NCBI GenBank assembly: GCA_964487265.1
Contig: CAZAQK010000001.1
Location: 1-58,377 of the forward strand
Reading direction: 5' to 3'
Origin: an uncultured Rickettsiales bacterium
GTDB taxonomy: Bacteria > Pseudomonadota > Alphaproteobacteria > Rickettsiales > SXRF01
DNA: 58,377 nt
A program made the translations under genes and the position numbers. The number at the start of each line of letters is the position of its first letter. Position 1 is the stretch's first letter. The notes under the pieces were generated by a model. That model did no database searches, was not told the DNA's origin, and saw nothing but the letters and a program-made list of their open reading frames with translations. Positions 8,962-18,315 of this stretch are shown piece by piece.

Positions 8962-11346
8962 ATGGCTTCAAGAAGCAATGCAAAAAAGAAATCTGTGTCA
9001 GCCAAAAAACCGCAGCGCAAAAATGTGTCTGGCAAGAAACCAAAGCCAGTGAAAAAAGCAAACGCACCTGCTCGTAAACCAGCTAAAAAAACTGTGGCAA
9101 AAAAACCTGTAAAGAAAATTGCCAAACCACAAAAGAAAATTATTGCAAAGAAACACTCGCCTAAGCCAAAAAAACTGCTAAAAGCTACACCTCCCGCCAA
9201 GAAAGCGGCAGCCGTGATAACCCGTAAAGTGTCCGTTAAAGGAAGCCCTGTTAACATGCCGAAGAAAAAAGAAGACGACAAAAAGAAAAAAGCTGCAACC
9301 AAGGCAGCACCTGCAAAACAAATCTCAGCTGCTAAAAATGCAAAGGGCAAATCGGCCCAGAAAGAAAAAGCCACGCAATCTTCTGCGAAGGACGCTAAGG
9401 AATCCGGCAAGACGGAATTGCAGCAGGCCATTGTCCGCAAACTGCTCGCCATGGGCAAATCACGCGGATTCATTACCTATGATGAACTCAATGCCGTGCT
9501 GCCTGCTGAAGAATTTTCACCGGAAGTTATCGATGCAGCGATCAGTGCTTTAGCATCTGCCGACATCAATGTGGTGGAAGAAGACGCCCAGAGCGACCCG
9601 GCCGACAGGCCCGAAGGTTTGGAAAACGCTGCCGAAGAAGCTGAGAATGTTGGACGTTCGGATGACCCGGTGCGCATGTATCTGCGCGAAATGGGCAACG
9701 TGGAGTTGCTCTCCCGCGAAGGCGAAATTGAAATCGCCAAGCGCATAGAAGCTGGCCGCGAAACCGTTATCTCTGCGCTCACCGAGTGCCCGCTGGTAAT
9801 GAAAGAAATCCTGAGCTGGCGCGATGAACTGGATGCCGGCACGTTGCTGTTGCGTGATGTGATCGACCTAGATGCCACCTATGGCCAGGGAGGTGAAGGC
9901 GGTGCGATGTTTGATAGCAGCAGCCTTGCTCCCGCCCAGCCCACCGATGACTTCGATGACGAAGACGAAGAAGAAAACGAGGATGACGACTCCGAAGACG
10001 GTGATGACAAAGAAGAAGGCGAAGGTGAAGAAGGCAAAGGCGAAGCCGCCGATACTGATGCTGACGAGGATGCCAATGCCGTTTCTCTCCTTGCCATGGA
10101 AAGTGCACTTAAGCCCCAGATCATGGAAACGCTCGATACGTTTGCCAAGATCAGTAAGAAAATGCGTAGCCTGCAGGAAAAACGCCTGAACAAATCGGTC
10201 GGCGAAGGCAAGTACAGCAAGGAAGATGAAAAAGCCTATCAAAAGCTGCATCATGAACTGGTGGAGCTGATGCTTGGCGTGCGCTTTACCATTCAGCGCG
10301 TGGAAGGCCTTATCCTGCGCCTGTATGATTACAGCCGCCGCCTGATGACGCTGGAAGGCCGCCTGCTGCGCCTTGCGGAAGGCCGCAAGATCAATCGCAA
10401 ACTGTTTTTGGAAACCTATATCGGCAGCGAACTCGATCCAACCTGGATGAAAAAAGCCGCCGCCCGCACCGACAAGGGCTGGAAGGAATTTGTCACCAAA
10501 GACAAGGCAGACATTGAATCCATCCGCAGTGAAATTTCCAAAATGGCGGAGGAAGTAGGCCTTGATATCGGCGAGTTCAAACGCATGATCATGGCCGTAC
10601 AAAAAGGCGAGCGCGAAACCAACCGCGCCAAGAAGGAAATGATCGAGGCGAATTTGCGCCTTGTTATTTCCATCGCCAAGAAATACACCAACCGTGGCCT
10701 GCAATTCCTTGACCTCATTCAGGAAGGCAATATCGGCCTGATGAAAGCGGTGGATAAATTCGAATACCGCCGTGGTTATAAATTCTCCACCTATGCCACA
10801 TGGTGGATCCGCCAGGCGATCACCCGCTCGATCGCCGATCAGGCGCGCACCATCCGTATCCCTGTGCATATGATCGAAACGATCAACAAGATCGTCCGCA
10901 CATCACGCCAGATGCTGCATGAAATCGGCCGCGAACCGACACCGGAAGAGCTGGCTGAACGTTTGGTGATGCCGCTTGATAAGGTTCGCAAGGTGATGAA
11001 GATCGCCAAAGAACCGGTATCGCTTGAAACACCGATTGGTGATGAAGAAGATTCGCACCTTGGTGATTTCATTGAAGATAAAAATGCGGTGCTGCCGCTG
11101 GATGCAGCAATTCAATCCAACCTGCGCGAAACCACCACGCGTATACTGGCGAGCCTGACCCCGCGCGAAGAACGCGTGCTGCGCATGCGCTTCGGCATCG
11201 GTATGAATACTGACCACACGCTCGAAGAAGTGGGCCAGCAATTTTCGGTGACGCGTGAACGTATCCGCCAGATCGAAGCGAAGGCACTGCGTAAACTCAA
11301 GCACCCAAGCCGCTCGCGCAAACTCCGGAGCTTTTTGGATTACTAG
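8962..11346 (+). CDS. rpoD: RNA polymerase sigma factor RpoD with lysine-rich N-terminal extension
   Basis: Regions 2-4 are unmistakable ([50 protein letters not shown]; [27 protein letters not shown]). I prefer the ATG at 8962 over the TTG at 8908. Confidence 0.93.
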   Translation: MASRSNAKKKSVSAKKPQRKNVSGKKPKPVKKANAPARKPAKKTVAKKPVKKIAKPQKKIIAKKHSPKPKKLLKATPPAKKAAAVITRKVSVKGSPVNMPKKKEDDKKKKAATKAAPAKQISAAKNAKGKSAQKEKATQSSAKDAKESGKTELQQAIVRKLLAMGKSRGFITYDELNAVLPAEEFSPEVIDAAISALASADINVVEEDAQSDPADRPEGLENAAEEAENVGRSDDPVRMYLREMGNVELLSREGEIEIAKRIEAGRETVISALTECPLVMKEILSWRDELDAGTLLLRDVIDLDATYGQGGEGGAMFDSSSLAPAQPTDDFDDEDEEENEDDDSEDGDDKEEGEGEEGKGEAADTDADEDANAVSLLAMESALKPQIMETLDTFAKISKKMRSLQEKRLNKSVGEGKYSKEDEKAYQKLHHELVELMLGVRFTIQRVEGLILRLYDYSRRLMTLEGRLLRLAEGRKINRKLFLETYIGSELDPTWMKKAAARTDKGWKEFVTKDKADIESIRSEISKMAEEVGLDIGEFKRMIMAVQKGERETNRAKKEMIEANLRLVISIAKKYTNRGLQFLDLIQEGNIGLMKAVDKFEYRRGYKFSTYATWWIRQAITRSIADQARTIRIPVHMIETINKIVRTSRQMLHEIGREPTPEELAERLVMPLDKVRKVMKIAKEPVSLETPIGDEEDSHLGDFIEDKNAVLPLDAAIQSNLRETTTRILASLTPREERVLRMRFGIGMNTDHTLEEVGQQFSVTRERIRQIEAKALRKLKHPSRSRKLRSFLDY

Positions 11347-11349
11347 CGC

Positions 11350-11571
11350 ATGATCAGCAGCCTCAGAAGCTGGAAACTGGAAAACGGTGTCTATCATTCA
11401 CCGCCTTTTCCCAATATTACTGGCTTCAACCGAGCAAAGCATTATTTGATCCGCGGCGGCGTTACCATTGATAGCGATGACAGAGGCCGTATCATACGCA
11501 TTCCCATTAGCGGTAAAGCGCACGAACAGAATCTGGGCCAGCTCAAAAAGCTGCGCCTGATAGGGTCATAA
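11350..11571 (+). CDS. hypothetical protein (73 aa)
   Basis: The ORF starts 3 nt after the rpoD stop and ends right at a strong terminator hairpin. No recognisable motif. Confidence 0.35.
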   Translation: MISSLRSWKLENGVYHSPPFPNITGFNRAKHYLIRGGVTIDSDDRGRIIRIPISGKAHEQNLGQLKKLRLIGS

Positions 11572-11602
11572 AAAAAAGCACCCGGGATGCGGGTGCTTTT
11601 TT
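11570..11602. terminator. bidirectional rho-independent terminator
   Basis: A-run, stem GCACCCG (11578-11584) / CGGGTGC (11590-11596) with a 5-nt loop, then a T-run at 11597-11602. It lies between convergent ORFs. Confidence 0.8.
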
Positions 11603-11622
11603 ATTATGTATGTGTCGTGTAA

Positions 11623-11988
11623 TCAGCCTGGGCCGCCCACACCACCATTGCCTTGTGCATTTTCTTTGTCTTTCTCGCGCTGTGCAAACCCTGCGGCTTG
11701 CGCAACCGCTAGGTGTCCGAGATGTTGTGTGCGATCTTCACCTTCCAACAACCGAGCACGCGCTGTTGCACGTTCTTCGTATGTTGTTCTATCACGTAGT
11801 GTTTTTGTATCTTCCGGCGATGCACTTACTACTCCATCTCTGGCAGCATGAGCAGCAGCCGTAATGCCATCTGCCACTTCCTTCAATTTTTTATAATCAA
11901 TAACGCCCTTCTTATCTGTGTAACGCGCTTTCAATTCTGCCTCTTGCTCAGAAGTTAAACCCGCTGGCATATCTTTTGGTTCACTCAT
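11623..11988 (-). CDS. hypothetical protein (121 aa, charged, Gly-rich C-terminus)
   Basis: ATG at 11988 is preceded by GGAGA. The ORF-track start at 12054 lacks an RBS. No recognisable family. Confidence 0.5.
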   Translation of the reverse strand: MSEPKDMPAGLTSEQEAELKARYTDKKGVIDYKKLKEVADGITAAAHAARDGVVSASPEDTKTLRDRTTYEERATARARLLEGEDRTQHLGHLAVAQAAGFAQREKDKENAQGNGGVGGPG

Positions 11989-12169
11989 TTTTTTATCTCC
12001 TTCGTTATGTACTGAATTACCATCAAAACCATCACCATGTTTCGTGGCAGTCATGCTAGCAAACCGCTCCTATCCGTTGTATTAAGATTTTGTTACAAAT
12101 CCATACATAGAAAGCCCCTTGCGCAATTTTCAGGAAGCGACTATAAAATAAGGGAATTATGGAGAAAAT

Positions 12170-12520
12170 ATGACCATCACCACCCGCTTATATACCGCCA
12201 TGTTCGGCGAAGTTGTAGGAAATGACCAGTTCGGCAACCGTTATTTCCGCCGCAAGGCAGCAAAGAACAAACGGGAAAAACGCTGGGTTGTGTATAAAGG
12301 CATTGCCGAGCCTTCCAAAGTTCCTGCCGAATGGCATGGCTGGCTGCATTACACATTCGATGTGCCGCCAAGCGAACGTACTGTTTCGCACCATGAATGG
12401 GAAAAGCCGCATTTGCCGAATTTAACCGGCACCGTGAATGCTTATGTGCCGCCCGGCCATGCGCTGCGCGGTGGCAAACGCGCTGCCAGCACATCTGACT
12501 ACGAAGCGTGGAAGCCTTAA
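12170..12520 (+). CDS. NADH:ubiquinone oxidoreductase subunit NDUFA12 (B17.2-like) family protein
   Basis: 116 aa with the hallmark segments DQFGNRYFR, RWVVY, VPAEWHGWLHYT and HLPNLTGT. Confidence 0.88.
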   Translation: MTITTRLYTAMFGEVVGNDQFGNRYFRRKAAKNKREKRWVVYKGIAEPSKVPAEWHGWLHYTFDVPPSERTVSHHEWEKPHLPNLTGTVNAYVPPGHALRGGKRAASTSDYEAWKP

Positions 12521-12606
12521 GAACGATGAGCGATGAGAAGATGAGCGATAATAGGAATGCTTAATTACTCTTTTTCGTTTCATCTTTCATCGTATTATCG
12601 TTCATC
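12521..12606. repeat. long imperfect hairpin with heptamer-periodic arms (GAGCGAT-like units / TCATCGT-like units)
   Basis: Paired segments 12521-12529/12595-12603, 12531-12538/12585-12592, 12540-12545/12579-12584 and 12546-12551/12572-12577. It fills the whole spacer between convergent genes. Confidence 0.75.
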
Positions 12607-12609
12607 CAC

Positions 12610-13461
12610 CTAAAACAACACCCACATCGTAGTTAGCAGCCATAGCGCAAGATTCGCCAGCTGTAATTTGTCGCGCACTATGACGCTTTCCGGCTCGCCG
12701 CCCTGCCCGTATACATGGATGGATTGCAGGTAACGGAATAATCCAAACGCCACAAACCCCACTGTATAAACCAGCTCCACTCGCCCTAACTGTGCAGAAA
12801 GCTCTGCCGCGTAAATTGCATAGGTCATGAGGGCAGCGCAGCCGGAAATCGTCACCAGCCTATCAAGCAGATCGCGGCTGTAATGCTTGAGGTTCGCTTT
12901 GCTCTCCGCATAGCCAGCTATACCCATTTCGTGGTAACGCTTGCCGAAACCGAGAAACAGCGCGAGGGTGAAGGTGGCAAGCACGATCCACGGCGAGATC
13001 ATCACCTGCAGCGCATAGGCACCCATCAGCACACGCAGCACATAGCAGAATGCCACAAAGAAAATATCCATGATGGCAAAACGCTTGAGCACGCAGGTAT
13101 AAAGACCATTCGATATAACATATAATCCTGCAATCACCGCACATTGCGCTGGCAAGAAAGACGCCAATATAACAACAAATATCGCTGCAACCGCAGCCAG
13201 TATAGATGCCGTCCCCATGCTGAGTTCGCCTGCCGCAAGCGGCCGCGCTTTTTTAACCGGATGCAGGCGGTCTTCCCCGACATCCCGCATATCATTGACG
13301 ATATAAACTAAGCTCGCCATCGCACAGAAACACAGTGCAGCCAGCAGTGTAAGCTGCCACGCGGCAGCATCGGCAAACTGCCCAGAGAAAAAGAGCGGAG
13401 CAAATACAAAGCCGTTTTTAATCCATTGTTTTGGCCTTAGCAGCCTAATGGTCGCGTTCAT
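12610..13461 (-). CDS. UbiA-family prenyltransferase, decaprenyl-phosphate phosphoribosyltransferase (DPPR synthase)-like
   Basis: The N-terminus from the ATG at 13461 (MNATIRLLRPKQWIKNGFVFAPLFFSG) and the NDMRDVGEDRLHPVKKARPLAAG motif are typical of the Rv3806c/NoeC-type branch. It has about 8 TM helices. The longer ORF-track N-terminus overlaps the upstream gene and is unlikely. Confidence 0.8.
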   Translation of the reverse strand: MNATIRLLRPKQWIKNGFVFAPLFFSGQFADAAAWQLTLLAALCFCAMASLVYIVNDMRDVGEDRLHPVKKARPLAAGELSMGTASILAAVAAIFVVILASFLPAQCAVIAGLYVISNGLYTCVLKRFAIMDIFFVAFCYVLRVLMGAYALQVMISPWIVLATFTLALFLGFGKRYHEMGIAGYAESKANLKHYSRDLLDRLVTISGCAALMTYAIYAAELSAQLGRVELVYTVGFVAFGLFRYLQSIHVYGQGGEPESVIVRDKLQLANLALWLLTTMWVLF

Positions 13462-14602
13462 GCGGTGCCCTTGGGTTGTTGGGTTGAAAGAAGGATGATT
13501 GCGAAAATCCTGCCGCCTGCGTGAGCGTGTGCGTGGCAAGCAGCACGAGAAGCGGCAGCACATCGAAAAACACACGGTATTCGCCGGGATTGCCATGCAG
13601 CACGTAGCCCATATAAACAAACGGCAACAGCCACAGCACGTTTTTCAGGAACGCTGGTTTTTGCGTCCAGCGGTAGGTGACCAGGAAGAACAGGATCGCC
13701 ATGTTGATCATCTTGTGGAAGTTGGCCTTACCCAGAATATCCCTGTTGAGGACAAAGAACAGGTTTTCTTCCAGGAACCAGCCGGGGTTTTTGAAATAGG
13801 CCATCGCGAGGATAGCTTTTACCGCAATAAATATCAGGCACTGTATGACCCAGAGCGAGACAAAAACCGGCGTGGTGTAACGCTTATACGCCCAGATGGT
13901 GAAAAAGATAAAAATGAAAATCGACGTCTCGCGGTTCAGGCAGGCCAGTGTAAACAGTAATACATAGGCCTTGTATTGCTGCCTGAGCATAGCGAAATAG
14001 CAGGCTGCTGAAAGGAACAGCACGGGGATGTCATATATATACTGCCACGGCCTGCTGAATGCCGAGATGGCAAGCAGGCCGAATATCGGTGCAAACCATC
14101 GCATCGCCTCGTCGTCCGGCATGAGTGCTGCCGCCAGCCTGTGCAGCATGACGATGTATCCCCAAAGCATCGCATATATGATCAATGTTGATACAATGCG
14201 CGGATAGATGTTTTTTTTATGAAACGTTGGGCCAAGCCATGGCAAAAGCCTTCTGGTTTCCATGGATTCGGGATGGCGCATCCACTCCCTGACGGACCGG
14301 TTGATACCCTGCTGCCATGAATCGGGCGAAACATCCACTACAATAGATGTGAGTTTGGGAATAAGCACACGGTAGACGAAGGGCTTCCACGCCGTGCCCT
14401 CATACATCGCATCATAGGCCGTGCGGTGATAGACATCTCCCAGATGCGAGTTGCTCAGAAAATGCGCCATCACATAGACGGACAGCACGGCATATACAGG
14501 CCCGAATAGTAAAAGCTTATGCCAGCGTATCGCGAAATGCCGGATGCTATCCTGCCACTTCAACATCAATGCTTTTATATCTGTCGTGTCCATATCCTGC
14601 AT
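13445..14602 (-). CDS. polytopic membrane protein, paralogue A (possible GT-C-like glycosyltransferase)
   Basis: 385 aa with about 10 hydrophobic segments. It shares PFVYRVLIP, YDIP, LACLNRETSIFI and PGEYRVFFDVLPLLVLLATHTL with the neighbouring gene. 17-nt overlap with the DPPRS gene. Confidence 0.7.
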   Translation of the reverse strand: MQDMDTTDIKALMLKWQDSIRHFAIRWHKLLLFGPVYAVLSVYVMAHFLSNSHLGDVYHRTAYDAMYEGTAWKPFVYRVLIPKLTSIVVDVSPDSWQQGINRSVREWMRHPESMETRRLLPWLGPTFHKKNIYPRIVSTLIIYAMLWGYIVMLHRLAAALMPDDEAMRWFAPIFGLLAISAFSRPWQYIYDIPVLFLSAACYFAMLRQQYKAYVLLFTLACLNRETSIFIFIFFTIWAYKRYTTPVFVSLWVIQCLIFIAVKAILAMAYFKNPGWFLEENLFFVLNRDILGKANFHKMINMAILFFLVTYRWTQKPAFLKNVLWLLPFVYMGYVLHGNPGEYRVFFDVLPLLVLLATHTLTQAAGFSQSSFFQPNNPRAPHERDH

Positions 14603-14605
14603 GGT

Positions 14606-15703
14606 TTACCGCTGTGCTACAGGTGCAGGATTGAACATGCCGTGGCGCGCAAGGCCAGTGCATTCCACCAGCGTATGGGTGGCAAGCACGGCAAGCAGTG
14701 GCCAGATATCAAGGAATACCCGGTATTCATCCGGCCGGCCGAACAGGAAATAGGCTGCGTACATCAGCACCAGCAATGCCATGCCCATGCGTGCAAATGG
14801 CGGCTTTTGCTGCCAGTTGAATGTGAGCAAAAATACAATAAAGAAAATGGCAGCGAGTGTTTTATAGCCATACCCATCCAGCCACATGGAGGTCTGCTGC
14901 GCCACGTAGGATGTGTTCAGGAATATGCCGGGATTCTCCATGAACTGGAGATATATCACACCCCGCAGCAAAGCAAAAACGGCAAACTGCAAGCCAAGCA
15001 GCATGATGTATGACCGCCTGTCCATCCGCTGATAATAGAAAAGCGCGAAAAACAGGCTGATGAACATCGCGGTTTCTTTATTGATGCAGGCCAGCACAAA
15101 CCAAAGCCAAAACCACTGCCACCGCTTTACTGCCATGGTGTAATAGGCGGCGGCGGCAAGCCCCATGGCCGGCAGATCATACATGAATGCGGTGGGCACA
15201 AGAAGCACCGGCACGACAAGCAGACCAATCACCGGTGTGCACAAAGCCATAGCAGGATTATTTGGAAACAGCACTGCCGACAGGCGGTATAATGCCACGA
15301 TGAACATCCACAAAAAACCATACGCCAAAGCTGCGGCAATAGTGCGTGTAAAGAATGCGCCTGTATCCTCAAGGGCTGTCCTGAACATGCGTTTTTGCGT
15401 GGCAAACGCCTGCGCAACCGGCAATCCTTGTGCAAACCCTGCCGCCTCGGCACCTATGGATTCCTGCAGTGAAGCTGGCATCAACGATTGGACAGCAACG
15501 GTCATGGCAGGTATCAGCCGTCGGTATACGTATGGCCGTTCCGCAGTGCCATCCACCATCGATGAAACGGTGGCTCCGCGCCAGGTATCGCCAAGGTTGG
15601 AGGCGATCAGGTAACGCCCCATGACAAACAGGGAAAGCACCGCATATGCAGCAGCAAACACACACCAGACAACGGGTTTGACAGAAACACCTGATTCGGA
15701 CAC
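14606..15703 (-). CDS. polytopic membrane protein, paralogue B (possible GT-C-like glycosyltransferase)
   Basis: 365 aa with PYVYRRLIP, YDLP, LACINKETAMFI and PDEYRVFLDIWPLLAVLATHTL. It sits 3 nt upstream of paralogue A. Confidence 0.7.
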   Translation of the reverse strand: MSESGVSVKPVVWCVFAAAYAVLSLFVMGRYLIASNLGDTWRGATVSSMVDGTAERPYVYRRLIPAMTVAVQSLMPASLQESIGAEAAGFAQGLPVAQAFATQKRMFRTALEDTGAFFTRTIAAALAYGFLWMFIVALYRLSAVLFPNNPAMALCTPVIGLLVVPVLLVPTAFMYDLPAMGLAAAAYYTMAVKRWQWFWLWFVLACINKETAMFISLFFALFYYQRMDRRSYIMLLGLQFAVFALLRGVIYLQFMENPGIFLNTSYVAQQTSMWLDGYGYKTLAAIFFIVFLLTFNWQQKPPFARMGMALLVLMYAAYFLFGRPDEYRVFLDIWPLLAVLATHTLVECTGLARHGMFNPAPVAQR

Positions 15704-15791
15704 GGCTTAAGCCCTGATTGTTGGTTTTTTGTTTAAGTTACTGTTCTTTTTTGCTATTGAATCTCCTTATAAACAAGCAAAAAGGTGCGTC

Positions 15792-16268
15792 ATGCAGAAA
15801 AATGTCCTAGAAACCCTGATGGGAGCCGTGGTGCTGGCTGTTGCCGGCGGTTTTCTGTTCTTTGCCTATAAAGGCAGCGAAGTGCGTGTGGAAGACGGTT
15901 ATCAGGTGCGTGCCAATTTCAGCAATATTTCAGGCATCACACTCGGCAGCGACGTACGTATCGGCGGCATCAAGGTAGGCTCCGTGACGGATCTGAGCCT
16001 GGACAGCGAAACCTATGATGCCGTTGCCAAAATGAGCATCAATAACGGCACGCAGATTCCCAAGGACTCCACCGCCTCCATCGTCAGCAGCGGCCTGCTG
16101 GGCGATAAATATATCCAGATCTCACCAGGCGGTGATGATGCGATGCTTAAAACCGGCGACAAGATCGATTACACTCAGTCTTCGGTGAACCTTGAAGAAC
16201 TGATCGGTAAATTCATGTTCAGCGGCGGCGGCGTCGATAAAGACAGCAAAGAAACGGCAACACCTTAA
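15792..16268 (+). CDS. mlaD: outer-membrane lipid asymmetry maintenance protein MlaD
   Basis: ATG at 15792. An N-terminal TM helix is followed by an MCE domain (ISGITLGSDVRIGGIKVGSV ... LLGDKYIQISPGG). Confidence 0.88.
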   Translation: MQKNVLETLMGAVVLAVAGGFLFFAYKGSEVRVEDGYQVRANFSNISGITLGSDVRIGGIKVGSVTDLSLDSETYDAVAKMSINNGTQIPKDSTASIVSSGLLGDKYIQISPGGDDAMLKTGDKIDYTQSSVNLEELIGKFMFSGGGVDKDSKETATP

Positions 16269-16273
16269 ATTCT

Positions 16274-16777
16274 GTGACACGCTATCTTAGCATCGCTTTA
16301 TTATTGGCAGCGGCATTTTCCAGCCACGCGCTTGCTGAAGATACGCCAAAAAAATCCATCAGTTCCGAAGAACTGCCGGCTCCCGCCAAGGAAGAACAAC
16401 CGCTGGAATATAGCGTGGTGGTGTTGCAGGGACTAAACAAAGTAACCGGCCAGATACAGAAATTCGATAGCCCGGTCGGCTCCACCACGCGTTTTGGTAC
16501 GCTGGAAATCGCCCTGCATCGCTGCTGGAAATCCGCACCGGAAGACAGGCCGGAAAATGCCGCACTCATGGAAATTTCTGAACTCAAAACCGGCGAAGCA
16601 CCGCAGAAAGTATTCTTCGGCTGGATGTTTTCTTCCACCCCTGGCCTTTCCGGCCTTGAGCACCCTGTGTATGATGTGACGTTGCTTGGCTGCGAAACCA
16701 CTAAGGAAGATGCACCGAAGAAAGAAGAAGAAAAACCTCAGGCTAAAGAGCCGGCCAAGGACAAGAAGAAGCCGTAA
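16274..16777 (+). CDS. DUF2155 domain-containing secreted protein
   Basis: GTG start and signal peptide MTRYLSIALLLAAAFSSHALA. The VVVLQGLNKVTG ... FGTLEIALHRCW ... HPVYDVTLLGC pattern, and the usual position next to mlaD, are as in alphaproteobacteria. Lys/Glu-rich tail. Confidence 0.8.
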   Translation: MTRYLSIALLLAAAFSSHALAEDTPKKSISSEELPAPAKEEQPLEYSVVVLQGLNKVTGQIQKFDSPVGSTTRFGTLEIALHRCWKSAPEDRPENAALMEISELKTGEAPQKVFFGWMFSSTPGLSGLEHPVYDVTLLGCETTKEDAPKKEEEKPQAKEPAKDKKKP

Positions 16778-17845
16778 TTATCTGGTCTCTGCACCCACCG
16801 CTTCGCTGATATGCGAGAATCCATCGCGCTCAAGCAATACCGGCAGTTCCTCGCAGATGCGGCGCACCAGCCCAAATCCCTGATAGACCAGCGCGGAATA
16901 GAGCTGCACCAGCGTGGCACCGGCTTTTATCTTTGCATAGGCATCCTCCGCCGAGGCAATACCGCCAACACCAATGATGGGAATGCTACCCTCTGTTTTA
17001 ATGTAGAACGCCTTGAGCTTTTCAGTTGAAAGCGCAAAGAGCGGCCTGCCGCTCAAGCCTCCCTGCTCTTCCTTGTGTTTGCCAGCCAGTGTTGCTGGCC
17101 GCGATATGGTGGTGTTACTGACGATCAGACCATCCACAGGATGCTCAGCCAGCACCCTAACCACATCATCGACTTCTTCAGTCCGCAGGTCTGGTGCGAC
17201 CTTGAGAAGCAGCGGCACCTGCCTGCCATACTGATTAGCGCAGTAGCTGCGTGTTTTGCGCAGTTCACTGAGCAGATCGGCAAGTGCATCACGCTGTTGC
17301 AGGTCACGCAAGCCTTTGGTATTAGGCGAGGAAATATTGACCGTTACATAATCCGCCAGCGGATAGACTGCCTTAAGGCCGGTGACGTAGTCCTGCACTG
17401 CATCGCTGCTGTCTTTGTTCTTGCCGATATTGGCACCGGCAATGCCTGTTTCCTTGCTGTGCCGTGCGAAATTGCGCAGATACACATCAAGACCATCATT
17501 GTTAAAACCCAGCCGGTTGATAACCGCCTCATCTTCCGGCAGGCGGAAAATCCGTGGCTTGGGATTGCCGGATTGCGGCCGTGGCGTCACTGTTCCAGCC
17601 TCTACAAAGCCGAAACCCTGCGCCAGAAGTGCGTCTATGGCCACCGCGTTTTTATCAAACCCGGCGGCAAGCCCGACAGGATTGGTAAAATGAAGGCCAA
17701 ACGCCTGCACGGCAAGCGATGGTGCTGGTGCAGCAGGTTTTCCTTTCAGCGCGCCATATTTCAGCAGGCAGATACCCAGTTGATGCGCCGCCTCGGGCGC
17801 AAGCAGGTGAACAAAGGGTTTTATGAGGTGAAAACTGTCAGGCAT
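16778..17845 (-). CDS. pyrD: dihydroorotate dehydrogenase (quinone), class 2
   Basis: 355 aa with motifs GLAAGFDKN, GFVEAGTVTP, NISSPNT and GGIASAEDAY. Confidence 0.95.
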   Translation of the reverse strand: MPDSFHLIKPFVHLLAPEAAHQLGICLLKYGALKGKPAAPAPSLAVQAFGLHFTNPVGLAAGFDKNAVAIDALLAQGFGFVEAGTVTPRPQSGNPKPRIFRLPEDEAVINRLGFNNDGLDVYLRNFARHSKETGIAGANIGKNKDSSDAVQDYVTGLKAVYPLADYVTVNISSPNTKGLRDLQQRDALADLLSELRKTRSYCANQYGRQVPLLLKVAPDLRTEEVDDVVRVLAEHPVDGLIVSNTTISRPATLAGKHKEEQGGLSGRPLFALSTEKLKAFYIKTEGSIPIIGVGGIASAEDAYAKIKAGATLVQLYSALVYQGFGLVRRICEELPVLLERDGFSHISEAVGAETR

Positions 17846-17854
17846 GCTGGCAGA

Positions 17855-18187
17855 TTAATCTACCGATTCGTAAATGGAAAGCAGTTGCGAAGCATCGCCG
17901 CCAGAAATCGTGGTGGGCTGTTTGGCATCAAGCTTCAGCGGCTTTGCCTGCTGTTTGTCTTTACTGTAGATAATCGGTTTCTTCGATGGAGCAAAAACCA
18001 GCTTCATCGGTTTTTTCTGGTTGATAGGAAAAAACTTTGCAGCCGGTTCGACGCCCTTCTGGTCTTTCTCACGGTTGAGCGGAAAAAATTTCTGCTGCGG
18101 CGGCGACGCAGCAGCACTACCCGCCGTTACCATCAACAATATGGCAAGCGTTGGGTACACAATATGTTTTACGTAAGCATTCTGCAT
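17855..18187 (-). CDS. secreted hypothetical protein (110 aa) with internal KFFP(L/I)N repeat
   Basis: ATG at 18187, with a signal-like segment HIVYPTLAILLMVTAGSAAA. It lies 9 nt upstream of pyrD. Confidence 0.5.
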   Translation of the reverse strand: MQNAYVKHIVYPTLAILLMVTAGSAAASPPQQKFFPLNREKDQKGVEPAAKFFPINQKKPMKLVFAPSKKPIIYSKDKQQAKPLKLDAKQPTTISGGDASQLLSIYESVD

Positions 18188-18315
18188 GGTTCTTATAATG
18201 CAAATACCGTGCCGACACCTCATATGAATTAAAATGTCACACTGATGCATGAATCACACAAACTTATAACATCTAGTTGTGCTAACCGATGGTTTTATAC
18301 TATATATAGTTAGTG

